A stretch of 64,000 nucleotides of DNA from Candidatus Magasanikiibacteriota bacterium (GTDB lineage: Bacteria > Patescibacteriota > Patescibacteriia > Magasanikbacterales > UBA922), in contig JACPSK010000008.1 of NCBI GenBank assembly GCA_016193335.1, forward strand, positions 1,589 through 65,588, read 5' to 3'. The position numbers and the translations under genes are program-made. The stretch's first letter is position 1; each line of letters starts with the position of its first letter. The notes under the pieces were generated by a model. That model made no database searches, was not told the origin of the DNA, and saw only the letters and a program-made list of their open reading frames with translations. This document shows, piece after piece, positions 47,541 to 57,030 of this stretch.

Positions 47541-48332
47541 CTAATACAAACCTGACTTAAGCGAAGCCCAATCCGGTATGGCATATTCCTGATGGTACAC
47601 CGCGAATTCATACACCAGTTTGTGTATATTCTCAGCCTCTTTTGCGGGAATATCATAGAGAGCGATAAGAGCCCATTGCTCTTTTAGAAGAGCTTGCAAA
47701 TGGCTTAGTTCTTTTAGCCCGCACACGAATATTTGTTCATGTATCCTCTCTTTCCCGATACGACACTGATTGCAGACAAGACCGCCGCCGGCGCAATAGA
47801 AGCCCGGCAGAAAAGCCTTTCCTCTGTCCTGCCCGGACAGATTCTCTCGAATCATGTCTTGAAAGGGTTTGGAACAGATCACGCAAGAATCCAAAACAGG
47901 CCTAAACCCAAGCCGAGAACACAAGGCCAAAACAAAAGCGTCCATCAATGAGACCCTAATTTCAGTGCTGCTCGAATTCACAAAATACAGCCAAGAACAA
48001 AGCAACTCAAACAAAACGCCGTCAGGATCACGGGGTTTTACGAATGTATTGAAAATGGACAAGACCCGCCGCACAACAAAGGCTTTTTTAAAATCAGATC
48101 GAATACCGGAAAAATATTCAAGCGGCTGAACTTTGATAAGATGATCTATTCCTTTGCCCGGAGCAACTTCAATGGAAACCAAAGAAAAAGGCTCCAGATG
48201 CGCCGCGTGTTTCGCGGTGATTTTTTTTAACCCTCTCGCGAGAAGATCCAGACGGCCTTGCTCCTTGGAATATAAGGAAACGATCTGGTCGTATTCGCGG
48301 AAGTCTTTGCGCTGAAGTGTTAGGGCGAGCAT
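47541..48332 (-). CDS. recO: DNA repair protein RecO
   Basis: EYDQIVSLYS..GRLDLLARG, LEPFS, LGFRPVLDSCVIC..GGLVCNQC. Confidence 0.92.
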   Translation of the reverse strand: MLALTLQRKDFREYDQIVSLYSKEQGRLDLLARGLKKITAKHAAHLEPFSLVSIEVAPGKGIDHLIKVQPLEYFSGIRSDFKKAFVVRRVLSIFNTFVKPRDPDGVLFELLCSWLYFVNSSSTEIRVSLMDAFVLALCSRLGFRPVLDSCVICSKPFQDMIRENLSGQDRGKAFLPGFYCAGGGLVCNQCRIGKERIHEQIFVCGLKELSHLQALLKEQWALIALYDIPAKEAENIHKLVYEFAVYHQEYAIPDWASLKSGLY

Positions 48333-48733
48333 AGTGTTTCCCTATACGCCTCCAATATCAGCATGGCAGCCTTCTCGTCCAAACTGGCATCTCCCCCCAT
48401 GCCTGCCGCTTCCTGAGAGGTAAATTCTTCTCCCACGAACTCCACGGGGACCTTCAATTCTTTTTTTAGTTCTTCGGCAAAGGCGCGAACGCGGCGAGTA
48501 TTATCATTTTCAGATCCATCCGGCCCAAAGGGCAGGCCGAACACCATCATTCCGATGTTTTCGTCTTTTATTATTCTCAATAATTGAGCCTTGATGCTTT
48601 CCCGCGGCTTCAGGCCCGGTTTGAATTTTGAATCTTCTTCTATAATTCCAAAAGGCAAAACCACATCCAAGCCCTTCTGCAACCAGGCCAAACCGCATTT
48701 TTTTGTACCAAAGTCTATCCCCAAGATATTCAT
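48320..48733 (-). CDS. ruvX: RuvX/YqgF nuclease
   Basis: ILGIDFGTKKCGLA, VFGLP, EEFTS, DEKAAMLILEAY. Confidence 0.93.
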   Translation of the reverse strand: MNILGIDFGTKKCGLAWLQKGLDVVLPFGIIEEDSKFKPGLKPRESIKAQLLRIIKDENIGMMVFGLPFGPDGSENDNTRRVRAFAEELKKELKVPVEFVGEEFTSQEAAGMGGDASLDEKAAMLILEAYRETLCSP

Positions 48734-50475
48734 ATGTGTGTATTTTTTTTCAAAATAAGATCTTTATTGATAGATCCTTTCCGTTCGCTTCTCCAATCAA
48801 GATGAAGAGATATTTCTCTCGTCTCAAAGCCTTTTTTTTCAAAACGTAAGATAAAATCCCCCACCGCCGCCGGGAAAAAATACCTGCCAAACAGATCGCT
48901 CACCTGATACTCCACCAATTTATGGTACTCTTTGCCAAACAAAGAGACAAGCACGCCTTTGAGAGGTTTTTTCTTTTCATTATATATGGTACCAAAGCGT
49001 TTGTGCTTCTTAAAAGCCAAACGCATGAAAAGCAAAAGAAACAAAACCTGCAAACACAAAAGAAAAAACATCCAAAATTTTTGAATAAAAAGCAAAGACA
49101 CAAGAGAAAATACAGGAGCAAAAAAAGCCAAGATCAAACTGAGACGATACTTCCATTTATTCCACACAAAACGCCGCGCTGAAACCTGAACACCGGCAGG
49201 ATCAACCGGAATATGCTTGTCTATCACTTGATCTTTTTTCTTTATTGTCAAAGACTCCCCAAAATACCAATCGTTTCCGGCTCCCAAGCCACGGGAAGAG
49301 GGAAAGGAAAATCCCAGTTTACTCACCTCTACGCGGTAAGTCCCCGGCTTGGGCAAAAATAAATAAGATCCTCTTCTGCCGGTAACCATGCTTGCGAGAA
49401 CTTTTTTGTGTTTATCATCGAGCAAGCGGACAATACTCAAATCCAATGGCTGGTCTGTGCAAGCATTAAACACCCTCCCCCAAGATTTATATTTTCTCCG
49501 AGCAAAAAGGAGCAGAGGCTGTGTGAGTAAAAATTGAAAGTACAAAACTACATTATACGCGCCGGCAGACAGCGGAACCGCCAAGGCAGAGGCCGCGGTC
49601 AAGACAGAACTGCTACGTTTGATAATGCAGTGTTCCAAATAAGACTGTGCCCTCTCGCCCGGAGAACCAAAAAGCATCTCTCCCGCTGAATTCAAACCCA
49701 AACTCTTAACCGTCTCTTGGCTGCAGTCGTTTATGATGGCCGTTGTTTTGTGCAGGCGAGAAGTCTTTTCAAAACCCTGTTTTTGATAACAATCTGCCAC
49801 TGCCCGCGAAAAAGCCGAAGAATCAGTATAAAAAAGAGGATAAAGAGGCTCCATGCAGGATATAAGCAAAACAACGGCGTTTGGATCGCGCAAAAAGTCC
49901 GCATAATCCAAAGCCGCGTTGGCAATGCTTTCTTTTACCGCGGGGATGTCAAAAATGTTGTCAAAACGTTGGGTGCTATAACACGTGGAAACATCCTGCG
50001 CGTATAGATCAAGCGTCTCGCCTTTGGCGCAAGCCTCCTGCCGGCTTGCATATTCATCATAGGCTATCAGCCCCATTCCCTTGTATGCCTCCAGATCGCG
50101 CAAACAGACTGAAACCCGCTCGTTATTATCATTCCCCGCCTGCCGCAAACAGGCGGAAAGTTCACGGTAAGACTCCGGCTCTGTGTCCGAAGCGGCCCCG
50201 CGCAAATACGCGGGCATAATATTTTCGGTTTCTGTCTTCTTATAACATTTTTTTAAATCCGCGTAATAAGCACTTTTCAAAGAATCCAAAAATTCTTCTT
50301 GGGAAGAAAAACCCTCAGAACTTTTTTCAAGACTGCCATTAAAAGAAGCCGTAACTTTATCTGTGCACGCGACAAGTTCCTCGTAGTCTGCCGACCGGGC
50401 AAAGCCGGGATACAACAGAAGCAAACAAATAAATCCTAAAATAAAAACTTTGAACTGAGTCGCGTGAAAAAACAT
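48730..50475 (-). CDS. membrane protein with a Cys-rich helical exported N-terminus and two carboxypeptidase-regulatory-like domains
   Basis: Signal peptide, paired Cys repeats, TM, WGRVFN..PL..VRL..G.Y.F..GTY.VEVSK.GF, two TMs, second similar domain. Confidence 0.75.
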   Translation of the reverse strand: MFFHATQFKVFILGFICLLLLYPGFARSADYEELVACTDKVTASFNGSLEKSSEGFSSQEEFLDSLKSAYYADLKKCYKKTETENIMPAYLRGAASDTEPESYRELSACLRQAGNDNNERVSVCLRDLEAYKGMGLIAYDEYASRQEACAKGETLDLYAQDVSTCYSTQRFDNIFDIPAVKESIANAALDYADFLRDPNAVVLLISCMEPLYPLFYTDSSAFSRAVADCYQKQGFEKTSRLHKTTAIINDCSQETVKSLGLNSAGEMLFGSPGERAQSYLEHCIIKRSSSVLTAASALAVPLSAGAYNVVLYFQFLLTQPLLLFARRKYKSWGRVFNACTDQPLDLSIVRLLDDKHKKVLASMVTGRRGSYLFLPKPGTYRVEVSKLGFSFPSSRGLGAGNDWYFGESLTIKKKDQVIDKHIPVDPAGVQVSARRFVWNKWKYRLSLILAFFAPVFSLVSLLFIQKFWMFFLLCLQVLFLLLFMRLAFKKHKRFGTIYNEKKKPLKGVLVSLFGKEYHKLVEYQVSDLFGRYFFPAAVGDFILRFEKKGFETREISLHLDWRSERKGSINKDLILKKNTHI

Positions 50476-50494
50476 ACGAGCAAACGAATTGAAT

Positions 50495-50657
50495 TAGAAC
50501 CTATCTCAAAAATAATTTTGAGCCAATTTCAAATCAGTTTTGAGCGAAAAAAATGAAGATTGAGGAGCCATAATGGTATTATGACGAGGAAAGCTGAACT
50601 TTTTAGAGCCAAAACTGGTTGAAAATGGGCCATGAATTATTTTTGAGATAGGTTCTA
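50495..50657. mobile_element. 163-bp MITE-like element with perfect 23-bp terminal inverted repeats
   Basis: tagaacctatctcaaaaataatt (50495-50517) / aattatttttgagataggttcta (50635-50657); imperfect symmetry continues inside; TA at both ends. Confidence 0.7.
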
Positions 50658-50753
50658 GGAAAATTTTTTTTCTTTTTTCTGTAGAGAAATCGTCTGGACG
50701 CTTGATTTCATAGCCAAAAAAACCATGATCTAAAATATATATTGCAAAAAATA

Positions 50754-51566
50754 TCAAAAACGATCTGAAGGCCGCTCGGTGGCGACTATGGGCCCTTGAG
50801 CGGTAAGAGCTATCGTGTGTTCAAAATGAGCGCTCAAACTCCGGTCTGAGCTCAAAATGGTCCAGCCGTCGGGAGCAGTCTCTACGTCTTCATCTCCCAT
50901 GGTGATCATGGGCTCTATGGCAATAACCATTCCAAGCCTGCATTTCCACCGTTCCAAAGCCCTGTCATAAAAATTGGGAACCCGAGGTTCTTCATGGAGC
51001 GCGTAGCCTACCCCATGGCCCACCAAATCGCGAACAATTCCATAACCCTGAGGCTTGATATATGATTCAATGGTACGGCCGATAGCGGCTATGCTGGCGC
51101 CAACCTTTATCTCGGATATGCCTTTGTACAAAGCTTCGCGCGTAGCACGGATAAGATCGGCTTTCTCTTTTGAAATAGAGCCAATGCCAAGCGTGAGAGC
51201 AGTATCAGTTATAAATCCATTACCATTATGGCCTTCTCCGCTCTTCCTCGGATATTCCATCCCGATATCTATGGAAAATAAATCTCCTTCTGAAAAAATT
51301 TTGTCTTTTCTCGGAATGCCATGAACTACTTCTTCATTGAGCGAAGCACAGATAGTGGAAGGAAAGGGAGTATCGCCGGGCTGGCTTCTATATCCTTTGA
51401 AAGCGGGCAAACCGCCCGCCTTGCGAATAAACTGTTCCGCTTTTTTGTCTATTTCCCAAGCCGAAACTCCGGGCTGAACCATAGCCGCCAATTTTTCGAG
51501 AATACTTCCGAGAATACGGCCCCCTTCTATAATAAGCGCCATCTCATGTTCGGTTTTGATGTACAT
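50754..51566 (-). CDS. map: methionine aminopeptidase type I
   Basis: PAFKGY, NEEVVHGIP, SIDIG, DTALT, GHGVG..LHEEP, AIEPM, SAHFEHT. Confidence 0.97.
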   Translation of the reverse strand: MYIKTEHEMALIIEGGRILGSILEKLAAMVQPGVSAWEIDKKAEQFIRKAGGLPAFKGYRSQPGDTPFPSTICASLNEEVVHGIPRKDKIFSEGDLFSIDIGMEYPRKSGEGHNGNGFITDTALTLGIGSISKEKADLIRATREALYKGISEIKVGASIAAIGRTIESYIKPQGYGIVRDLVGHGVGYALHEEPRVPNFYDRALERWKCRLGMVIAIEPMITMGDEDVETAPDGWTILSSDRSLSAHFEHTIALTAQGPIVATERPSDRF

Positions 51567-51655
51567 ACATTCCATCGATAAAGCCCCGATGATTTGAAAC
51601 AAAGTTAGGATACTTGCTTTCCCTGTCGCGTCGGAATCAAAGGCTTAATTAATTT

Positions 51656-52324
51656 TTAACTCACTCGTCTGAGTACATCCAATATCACTTGATCCACATC
51701 AGTAATGGCCTCTTCACCATCTAAAACATGCAAAACGCCCAAGGCTTGATAATAAGCCGCGATGGGAGCTATGGCCGTATTGCCTTGCTCGAGAATACGT
51801 CTTTGCACGCTTTCCGGACTGTCGTCATGCCTCACCACCAAAGAAGCCCCGCATTCGGGACAGGATTTCTTTTGTTCATTCTCAGGCGAATACGGAAGTA
51901 TAAATCCGCAGGATTCGCATATTTTGCGTTTGGTCAAGCGTTTGAAACTGGTCTCATCTGAAATTTTCAGTTCTATAACCAAGACCTGATCCCCCATTTT
52001 CTTTTCTTCAAAAAAAGCTTGGTAGCGTTTGGCTTGTTCCACAGAACGGATGGCTCCATCCAAGACAACCCCGTTCCCTTGATCCACATAAAAACCTATG
52101 GCGCGAAAGGCCAGCTTATAAATAAGCTCATCTGCCACCAAGCTCCCCCGTTTCATGGCTTCGAGCTCTTTCTTTTCTTCCGGGTCAGCCTGCGGATTTT
52201 TATCCAAGGCACGCAAAAGATCGCCGGTGGAAATATGCCCGTATCCAAACATGTCAACGAGAATCCTGGACTGAGTTCCCTTCCCGCTTCCCGGAGCGCC
52301 AAGGAGAATAATTATTTTTTTCAT
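51656..52324 (-). CDS. adk: adenylate kinase (zinc-lid type)
   Basis: GAPGSGKGTQ, HISTGDLLR, CESC..CPEC lid, RHDD. Confidence 0.96.
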   Translation of the reverse strand: MKKIIILLGAPGSGKGTQSRILVDMFGYGHISTGDLLRALDKNPQADPEEKKELEAMKRGSLVADELIYKLAFRAIGFYVDQGNGVVLDGAIRSVEQAKRYQAFFEEKKMGDQVLVIELKISDETSFKRLTKRKICESCGFILPYSPENEQKKSCPECGASLVVRHDDSPESVQRRILEQGNTAIAPIAAYYQALGVLHVLDGEEAITDVDQVILDVLRRVS

Positions 52325-52327
52325 AAG

Positions 52328-52633
52328 TCAGGAAAAATGTTCTCCAAAATATTCTTCAAAATTCTTCATAAGAGATTTTTTGTCCGCGATACTTATTTTT
52401 CTGGAATTGTACAAGTGTTGTAAAACATTATAGATCTGTCTCAAAGAGATAGTGCCATCGCCGTGGCGAGCTTTTAAAATTTCTTCCTCCACCAAGGTCT
52501 CTTCCGCGGCATCCAAAGTAATGTTTCTATGATGAGAAATCAAAAGCCGCAATTCCCGTTCGGGCAAAGGCTTTTGGCCTATAGAATACTTATATTTTTG
52601 ACTTCCGCCGAAAATACCGCTAAAAATGGACAT
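52328..52633 (-). CDS. hypothetical 101-aa protein
   Basis: Ends 3 bp before adk; TTGTAA-N17-TATTCT upstream. Confidence 0.75.
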   Translation of the reverse strand: MSIFSGIFGGSQKYKYSIGQKPLPERELRLLISHHRNITLDAAEETLVEEEILKARHGDGTISLRQIYNVLQHLYNSRKISIADKKSLMKNFEEYFGEHFS

Positions 52634-52791
52634 ATAAAATCAAAATTTGATACCACTAGAATAACATGGCCTTAGACTGTTTACAAGCCAAAATATGGCA
52701 AAGAACAACTCAACAAACAAAAATTTAGGAACTTCTTTGCGGCAGGCCTCACACATACTGATTTTTTCCCCCCTATGAATCAAGGGCAAAC

Positions 52792-52886
52792 CCCAACAGG
52801 ACACATCGCTTTAGAAAGTCTGCGGAGTCAGCCCGCTTCGCTCTCGCACTCGTCCTCGACTTTCTAAAGCGATGTGTCCTGTTGGG
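52792..52886. repeat. REP/MITE-like palindrome: perfect 29-bp arms and a 37-nt loop
   Basis: cccaacaggacacatcgctttagaaagtc / gactttctaaagcgatgtgtcctgttggg. Confidence 0.92.
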
Positions 52887-52915
52887 ATAAAAGCAATGAG
52901 TTACTCATAAAAATA

Positions 52916-52942
52916 AAATCCGTCTCTTTGAGAGACGGATTT
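52916..52942 (-). terminator. terminator after secY
   Basis: aaatccgtctct / agagacggattt followed by a T run on the minus strand. Confidence 0.75.
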
Positions 52943-52997
52943 CTAATGCATTTGAATTTAAGAAGTGCCCTGAAAAAAAGGACTTGATATCTTATAT

Positions 52998-54269
52998 CTA
53001 TACTTTGTCGTATTGATACATGGTCAGCTGGGCTTCGATTTGTTTGGCGGTTTCTATGCAAACGCTCACGACGATAAGTAAACTAACCCCTCCAACAACC
53101 AAATTCTGAGAACCGGTAATCCAGCGGGCTATGAGAGGTAAAACCGCGATGCCTGCCAGAAACAAAGCTCCGGAGAGCAAAAGTCGAGTCATGGTGTTTG
53201 CCAGATACTCTTCCGTCTGTTTGCCAGGGCGAATGCCGGGAATAAAAGCGCCTTGACGCTGAAGATTCTCGGCCATTTTTTGGGGGTTAAAAATAACCGC
53301 GGTATAAAAATAAGTAAAGCCGAAAACAAGGACAAAATAAATGATGCCGTAAAATAATTGATTATTGAATAGGGCCACGGTAAATTGAGCCGCGCGCGCT
53401 ATAAGCCCTGTTCCTGAGACGAAAAATTGGGCGATGAGAGGCGGAAATAAGACAACTGAAATCGCGAATATAATAGGAATAACGCCGGCCATATTCACGC
53501 GCAAAGGCAAGTGACTTTTCACTCCACCAAAGCTGCGGCCGCCCCGAACCTGTTTGGCATAACTGATGGGTATATTCCTCTGTCCTTCGGTGATAACCAC
53601 CACTCCGACGATGGTGACTACTGAAAGCAGGACAAAAAGAAGATAGGTATAAAATTGAGAAGAATTATAATTGACGACGGCATTCTGAATTGCCGTTGGG
53701 AAAGAAGAAATAATGGCCGAGAAGATAAGCAGAGAAATTCCATTTCCAATTCCCCGCTCTGTCACAAGCTCCCCGATCCACATCAAAAATACGGTCCCTG
53801 CGGTTACAGTAAGCATAATCGAAACAAATTGAAACGCAGATAAAGCTCCTATGATACCCAACTGAGAATTGCCAAGCAACTTTATCATCCCAAAAGATTG
53901 GAGCAGTGCCAAGGGAACCGTAGCCAAGCGAGTGTACATGTTGATTTTTTGCTGTCCAGATTCGCCCTCTTTCTGAAGTTCCTCGAAACTTGGAACTACT
54001 TTACCCAACAATTGAAAAATAATTGACGAAGTTATATAGGGAGCCACGCCCATAAGGACCACGGAAAAATTCTCCAAAGTGCCGCCTGAAAATAAATTCA
54101 AAAGGCCGAGAGCCTGATTACTATTAAAAAAATTTTGCAAATTGGCCACGTTCACTCCGGGGACCGGTATATGAGCGGCGGCGCGAAAAATAACCAGCAT
54201 GCCTAAAACAAACAATATGTTGTTGCGCAATGCTTTTATGTTCCAAATTCGTAATACTTTTTCCCACAT
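52998..54269 (-). CDS. secY: preprotein translocase subunit SecY
   Basis: HIPVPG, GVAPYITSSII, GIGNGISLLIF, AGVIPIIFA, FIPGIRPG. Confidence 0.98.
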   Translation of the reverse strand: MWEKVLRIWNIKALRNNILFVLGMLVIFRAAAHIPVPGVNVANLQNFFNSNQALGLLNLFSGGTLENFSVVLMGVAPYITSSIIFQLLGKVVPSFEELQKEGESGQQKINMYTRLATVPLALLQSFGMIKLLGNSQLGIIGALSAFQFVSIMLTVTAGTVFLMWIGELVTERGIGNGISLLIFSAIISSFPTAIQNAVVNYNSSQFYTYLLFVLLSVVTIVGVVVITEGQRNIPISYAKQVRGGRSFGGVKSHLPLRVNMAGVIPIIFAISVVLFPPLIAQFFVSGTGLIARAAQFTVALFNNQLFYGIIYFVLVFGFTYFYTAVIFNPQKMAENLQRQGAFIPGIRPGKQTEEYLANTMTRLLLSGALFLAGIAVLPLIARWITGSQNLVVGGVSLLIVVSVCIETAKQIEAQLTMYQYDKV

Positions 54270-54296
54270 AAAAAGTGGAGGCTAGGTGACTGAAAT

Positions 54297-54740
54297 CTAA
54301 AAGCTGAGGGAGCCGCCAGCCTTTTCTATAATCTCGGCGGCCTTCTTGCTCGCCGTGCAACCGTTAAAATTCAATTTCTTCGTCAAGGTTCCATTGGCCA
54401 ATATTTTTGCTCCTGAATCCAGACGAGAGATAAGACCCTTTTCTTTTAAGGCGTAAAGAGTAACAGTCTCAGAATCGGAAAACACCCGTTCAATGGAATT
54501 GAGCGATACATTTTGGGGCTTTGCTTTGAAACTCTTAAAACCTCGCAATTTGGGTACTTTTTGCAAACTCTGTTTAAAACCTTTTAATTGCAAACCACCA
54601 CTGCCTCCTGAACGGGCTTTTTGCCCTTTTAAACCGCGGGCCGAATATGTTCCTTTCCCGGAAGCGTTGCCTCGTCCTAGACGCTTGCCGGCTCTCTTTC
54701 TTCCAGTGCCAGATGAAATGCTGTGTGGGTCAAGTTTCAT
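54297..54740 (-). CDS. rplO: 50S ribosomal protein L15
   Basis: KRLGRGNASGKGTYSARGLKGQKARSG. Confidence 0.97.
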   Translation of the reverse strand: MKLDPHSISSGTGRKRAGKRLGRGNASGKGTYSARGLKGQKARSGGSGGLQLKGFKQSLQKVPKLRGFKSFKAKPQNVSLNSIERVFSDSETVTLYALKEKGLISRLDSGAKILANGTLTKKLNFNGCTASKKAAEIIEKAGGSLSF

Positions 54741-55405
54741 ACATTTTTTTGTTCACTCTGTTTAGTCGCCTTCTTTGATTTTAATTTTTTTGGGTTCTCC
54801 ATGGCTACATCGCCTCCCGGCAATTCAGAAACACGGGTGTCTGTGGTCTTGTCTTTTTTCTCATCATTTAATTTTCCATCCGTCTTTTCCTTGCCTTGTT
54901 TTGTCCAAGCCTGCATTTTCCTTATCGCGGAAGGTTTGAATGACTGCAAAGCGGCAAAAGTGGCTTTAATGTTGGCGATTTTATTGTTTGATTTTCCCAG
55001 TATCTTGCCCGAGGCGTTGGGGACACCGGCGAATTCCAAAACCGTTCTGACCACGCTCCCTGCTATGATACCCGAACCTTTTGGCGCCGGCTTTAGCATA
55101 ACCTTCGCGGCTTTAAATTTGGATTCAACCCGGTGAGGAATGGTATCGTGGATGATAGGAACGACTATAATCTGTTTGCGCGCTTGGCTGACAGCTTTTT
55201 CCACGGCTATCTGTACGTCCTTTCCTTTTTGTGTTCCATATCCTACTCTGCCTTTCCGATCTCCAATAAGAACACAAGCCCGAAAACTCAGTTGCTTTCC
55301 GCCTTTGGTAACACGAGTTACACGAGCCAAATCAGCAATGTACTGATCAAATTCTGGTCGCTCTTTTTGCATTTGCTTTCTTTTTCTTCCGGCTGGTTTT
55401 CCCAT
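54737..55405 (-). CDS. rpsE: 30S ribosomal protein S5, with C-terminal extension
   Basis: RVTRVTKGGK..FRA, KPAPKGSGIIAG. Confidence 0.97.
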   Translation of the reverse strand: MGKPAGRKRKQMQKERPEFDQYIADLARVTRVTKGGKQLSFRACVLIGDRKGRVGYGTQKGKDVQIAVEKAVSQARKQIIVVPIIHDTIPHRVESKFKAAKVMLKPAPKGSGIIAGSVVRTVLEFAGVPNASGKILGKSNNKIANIKATFAALQSFKPSAIRKMQAWTKQGKEKTDGKLNDEKKDKTTDTRVSELPGGDVAMENPKKLKSKKATKQSEQKNV

Positions 55406-55413
55406 AGTCAAAA

Positions 55414-55797
55414 TTATAATGTTAATCCGCCGTCTCGCGCACCTTCGGCCACGGCTTTTACACGGCCATGATACAAATAGCCCGCTCTGTCGAAGACAGC
55501 ACAGCTAATGCCCAATGTTTGAGCCTTTTTTGCCAAAGAAAAACCAAGCCGGTAGGCAAGGGCTGTCTGCCCCTTTCGTTCGCCCGCGTCTGTCGAAGAA
55601 TCAAGGCCTGTTTTGGAGTGCAAACCCAGCATAGTCTTCCCGCTCGTATCATCGATAAGCTGAACATACATTCCTTTCAAGCTTCTGAACACGTTCAAAC
55701 GAGGGCGTTCTGGTCCGCCCACTATTCTGCTTCGCACGCGCGCTCGGCGTCTATTGCGCAGATTGACTTTTTGATCTGTTTTACGTTTACCGGCCAT
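55414..55797 (-). CDS. rplR: 50S ribosomal protein L18
   Basis: RPRLNVFRS, FDRAGYLYHGRVKA. Confidence 0.97.
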   Translation of the reverse strand: MAGKRKTDQKVNLRNRRRARVRSRIVGGPERPRLNVFRSLKGMYVQLIDDTSGKTMLGLHSKTGLDSSTDAGERKGQTALAYRLGFSLAKKAQTLGISCAVFDRAGYLYHGRVKAVAEGARDGGLTL

Positions 55798-55824
55798 ATC
55801 ATGAGATAATTATGTTAGGATCTT

Positions 55825-56370
55825 CTATTCGCCTTTAGCGGCTGTTTTCCCGGCTTTTCTTCTAATAACTTCATCTACGTATTTTATACCTTTTCCTTTG
55901 TATGGTTCGGGCTTTCGTATGGCGCGAATTTTTGCCACCGTATCTCCCAAAAGCTCTTTGTCGGCTCCACGAACGGTAATTATATTTTTTTCAATCTGAG
56001 CCTGGATGCCAGAAGGAATCTTGAAAATAACCGGATGTGAAAAACCAACTTCAATTTTTAAATCTGTCCCTTGCATAGAAGCCCGATAGCCCACGCCATT
56101 GATTTCCAGCTTTTTTTCGAATCCCTTGTTCACTCCTTCTATCATATTCATGATATGAGAGGCAAAAGTGCCCCAAAGAGAACGTTCGCTTTTTTCTTCT
56201 TTTTCTTTTACGTCAACCGTAATATCAGAGCCAGCGACCTGTATCTGCACTTTTTCGTGAATCGTTCTTTGTAATTCTCCTTTCGGCCCCTTTATAGACA
56301 AAATAGAACCAGACAATTGGGCTGTGGTACCCTGGGGAATGTTTATTATTTGTTTACCGATACGAGACAT
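55825..56370 (-). CDS. rplF: 50S ribosomal protein L6
   Basis: MSRIGK, GVGYRA, PEPYKGKGI. Confidence 0.98.
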   Translation of the reverse strand: MSRIGKQIINIPQGTTAQLSGSILSIKGPKGELQRTIHEKVQIQVAGSDITVDVKEKEEKSERSLWGTFASHIMNMIEGVNKGFEKKLEINGVGYRASMQGTDLKIEVGFSHPVIFKIPSGIQAQIEKNIITVRGADKELLGDTVAKIRAIRKPEPYKGKGIKYVDEVIRRKAGKTAAKGE

Positions 56371-56404
56371 ATGGATAAAATTACTGAGGCCTAGATATTG
56401 AATT

Positions 56405-56797
56405 TTAGTAGACTGAACAAATTATTTCGCCGCCGACACCTTTTTCTTTGGCTTCACGGGCGGTCATAATGCCTTGACTGGTGGAGACAATAGAAATGCC
56501 GAATCCATTGAGCACCTTGGGAAGTTGTCCAAATCCCTTATAGACCCGATGGCCGGGTTTGCTTTCTCTTTTTATGGATTGTATGGCCGGTTGTTTGCTG
56601 TGATAAAGCAATTCTATGGAGAGAACGGATGACGGGGTTCCTTCTATTTTCTCGACCTTGCCGACATACTGCTCCTTTTTTAAGATCTCGGCTATGGCAA
56701 ATTTGACCTTTGAAAAAGGCATCTCTACGCGGGTCAACTTTGCCATCTGCGCGTTTCTTATTCTGGTGAGCATGTCTGCAATGGTATCGGTCATCAT
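56405..56797 (-). CDS. rpsH: 30S ribosomal protein S8
   Basis: TDTIADMLTRIRNA, SKPGHRVY, STSQGIM. Confidence 0.97.
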   Translation of the reverse strand: MMTDTIADMLTRIRNAQMAKLTRVEMPFSKVKFAIAEILKKEQYVGKVEKIEGTPSSVLSIELLYHSKQPAIQSIKRESKPGHRVYKGFGQLPKVLNGFGISIVSTSQGIMTAREAKEKGVGGEIICSVY

Positions 56798-56822
56798 AAA
56801 TAGATAGTTTAGTTCAACGGTC

Positions 56823-57008
56823 TTACCAGCTTGATTTACGTATTCCCGGAACAAGGCCCGCATTGGCCAATTCCCGGAAACAAATCCGACATAAATTAAA
56901 TTTCCTCATGTAGGCTCGCTTACGCCCGCATTTCCAACAACGTCTCACTCGACGAGTGCTGTATTTTGGCTTTCTGCTTGACTTTGAAATTTGTGCCTGT
57001 GTTGCCAT
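56823..57008 (-). CDS. rpsN: 30S ribosomal protein S14, zinc-binding short form
   Basis: [17 protein letters not shown]. Confidence 0.96.
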   Translation of the reverse strand: MATQAQISKSSRKPKYSTRRVRRCWKCGRKRAYMRKFNLCRICFRELANAGLVPGIRKSSW

Positions 57009-57030
57009 ATTGATGAGGGTCCTCAAATTA

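Noticed and set aside
50506-50757. 83-aa minus-strand ORF after map
   Set aside because: TTG start, mostly made of the MITE-like palindrome, no protein-like features.
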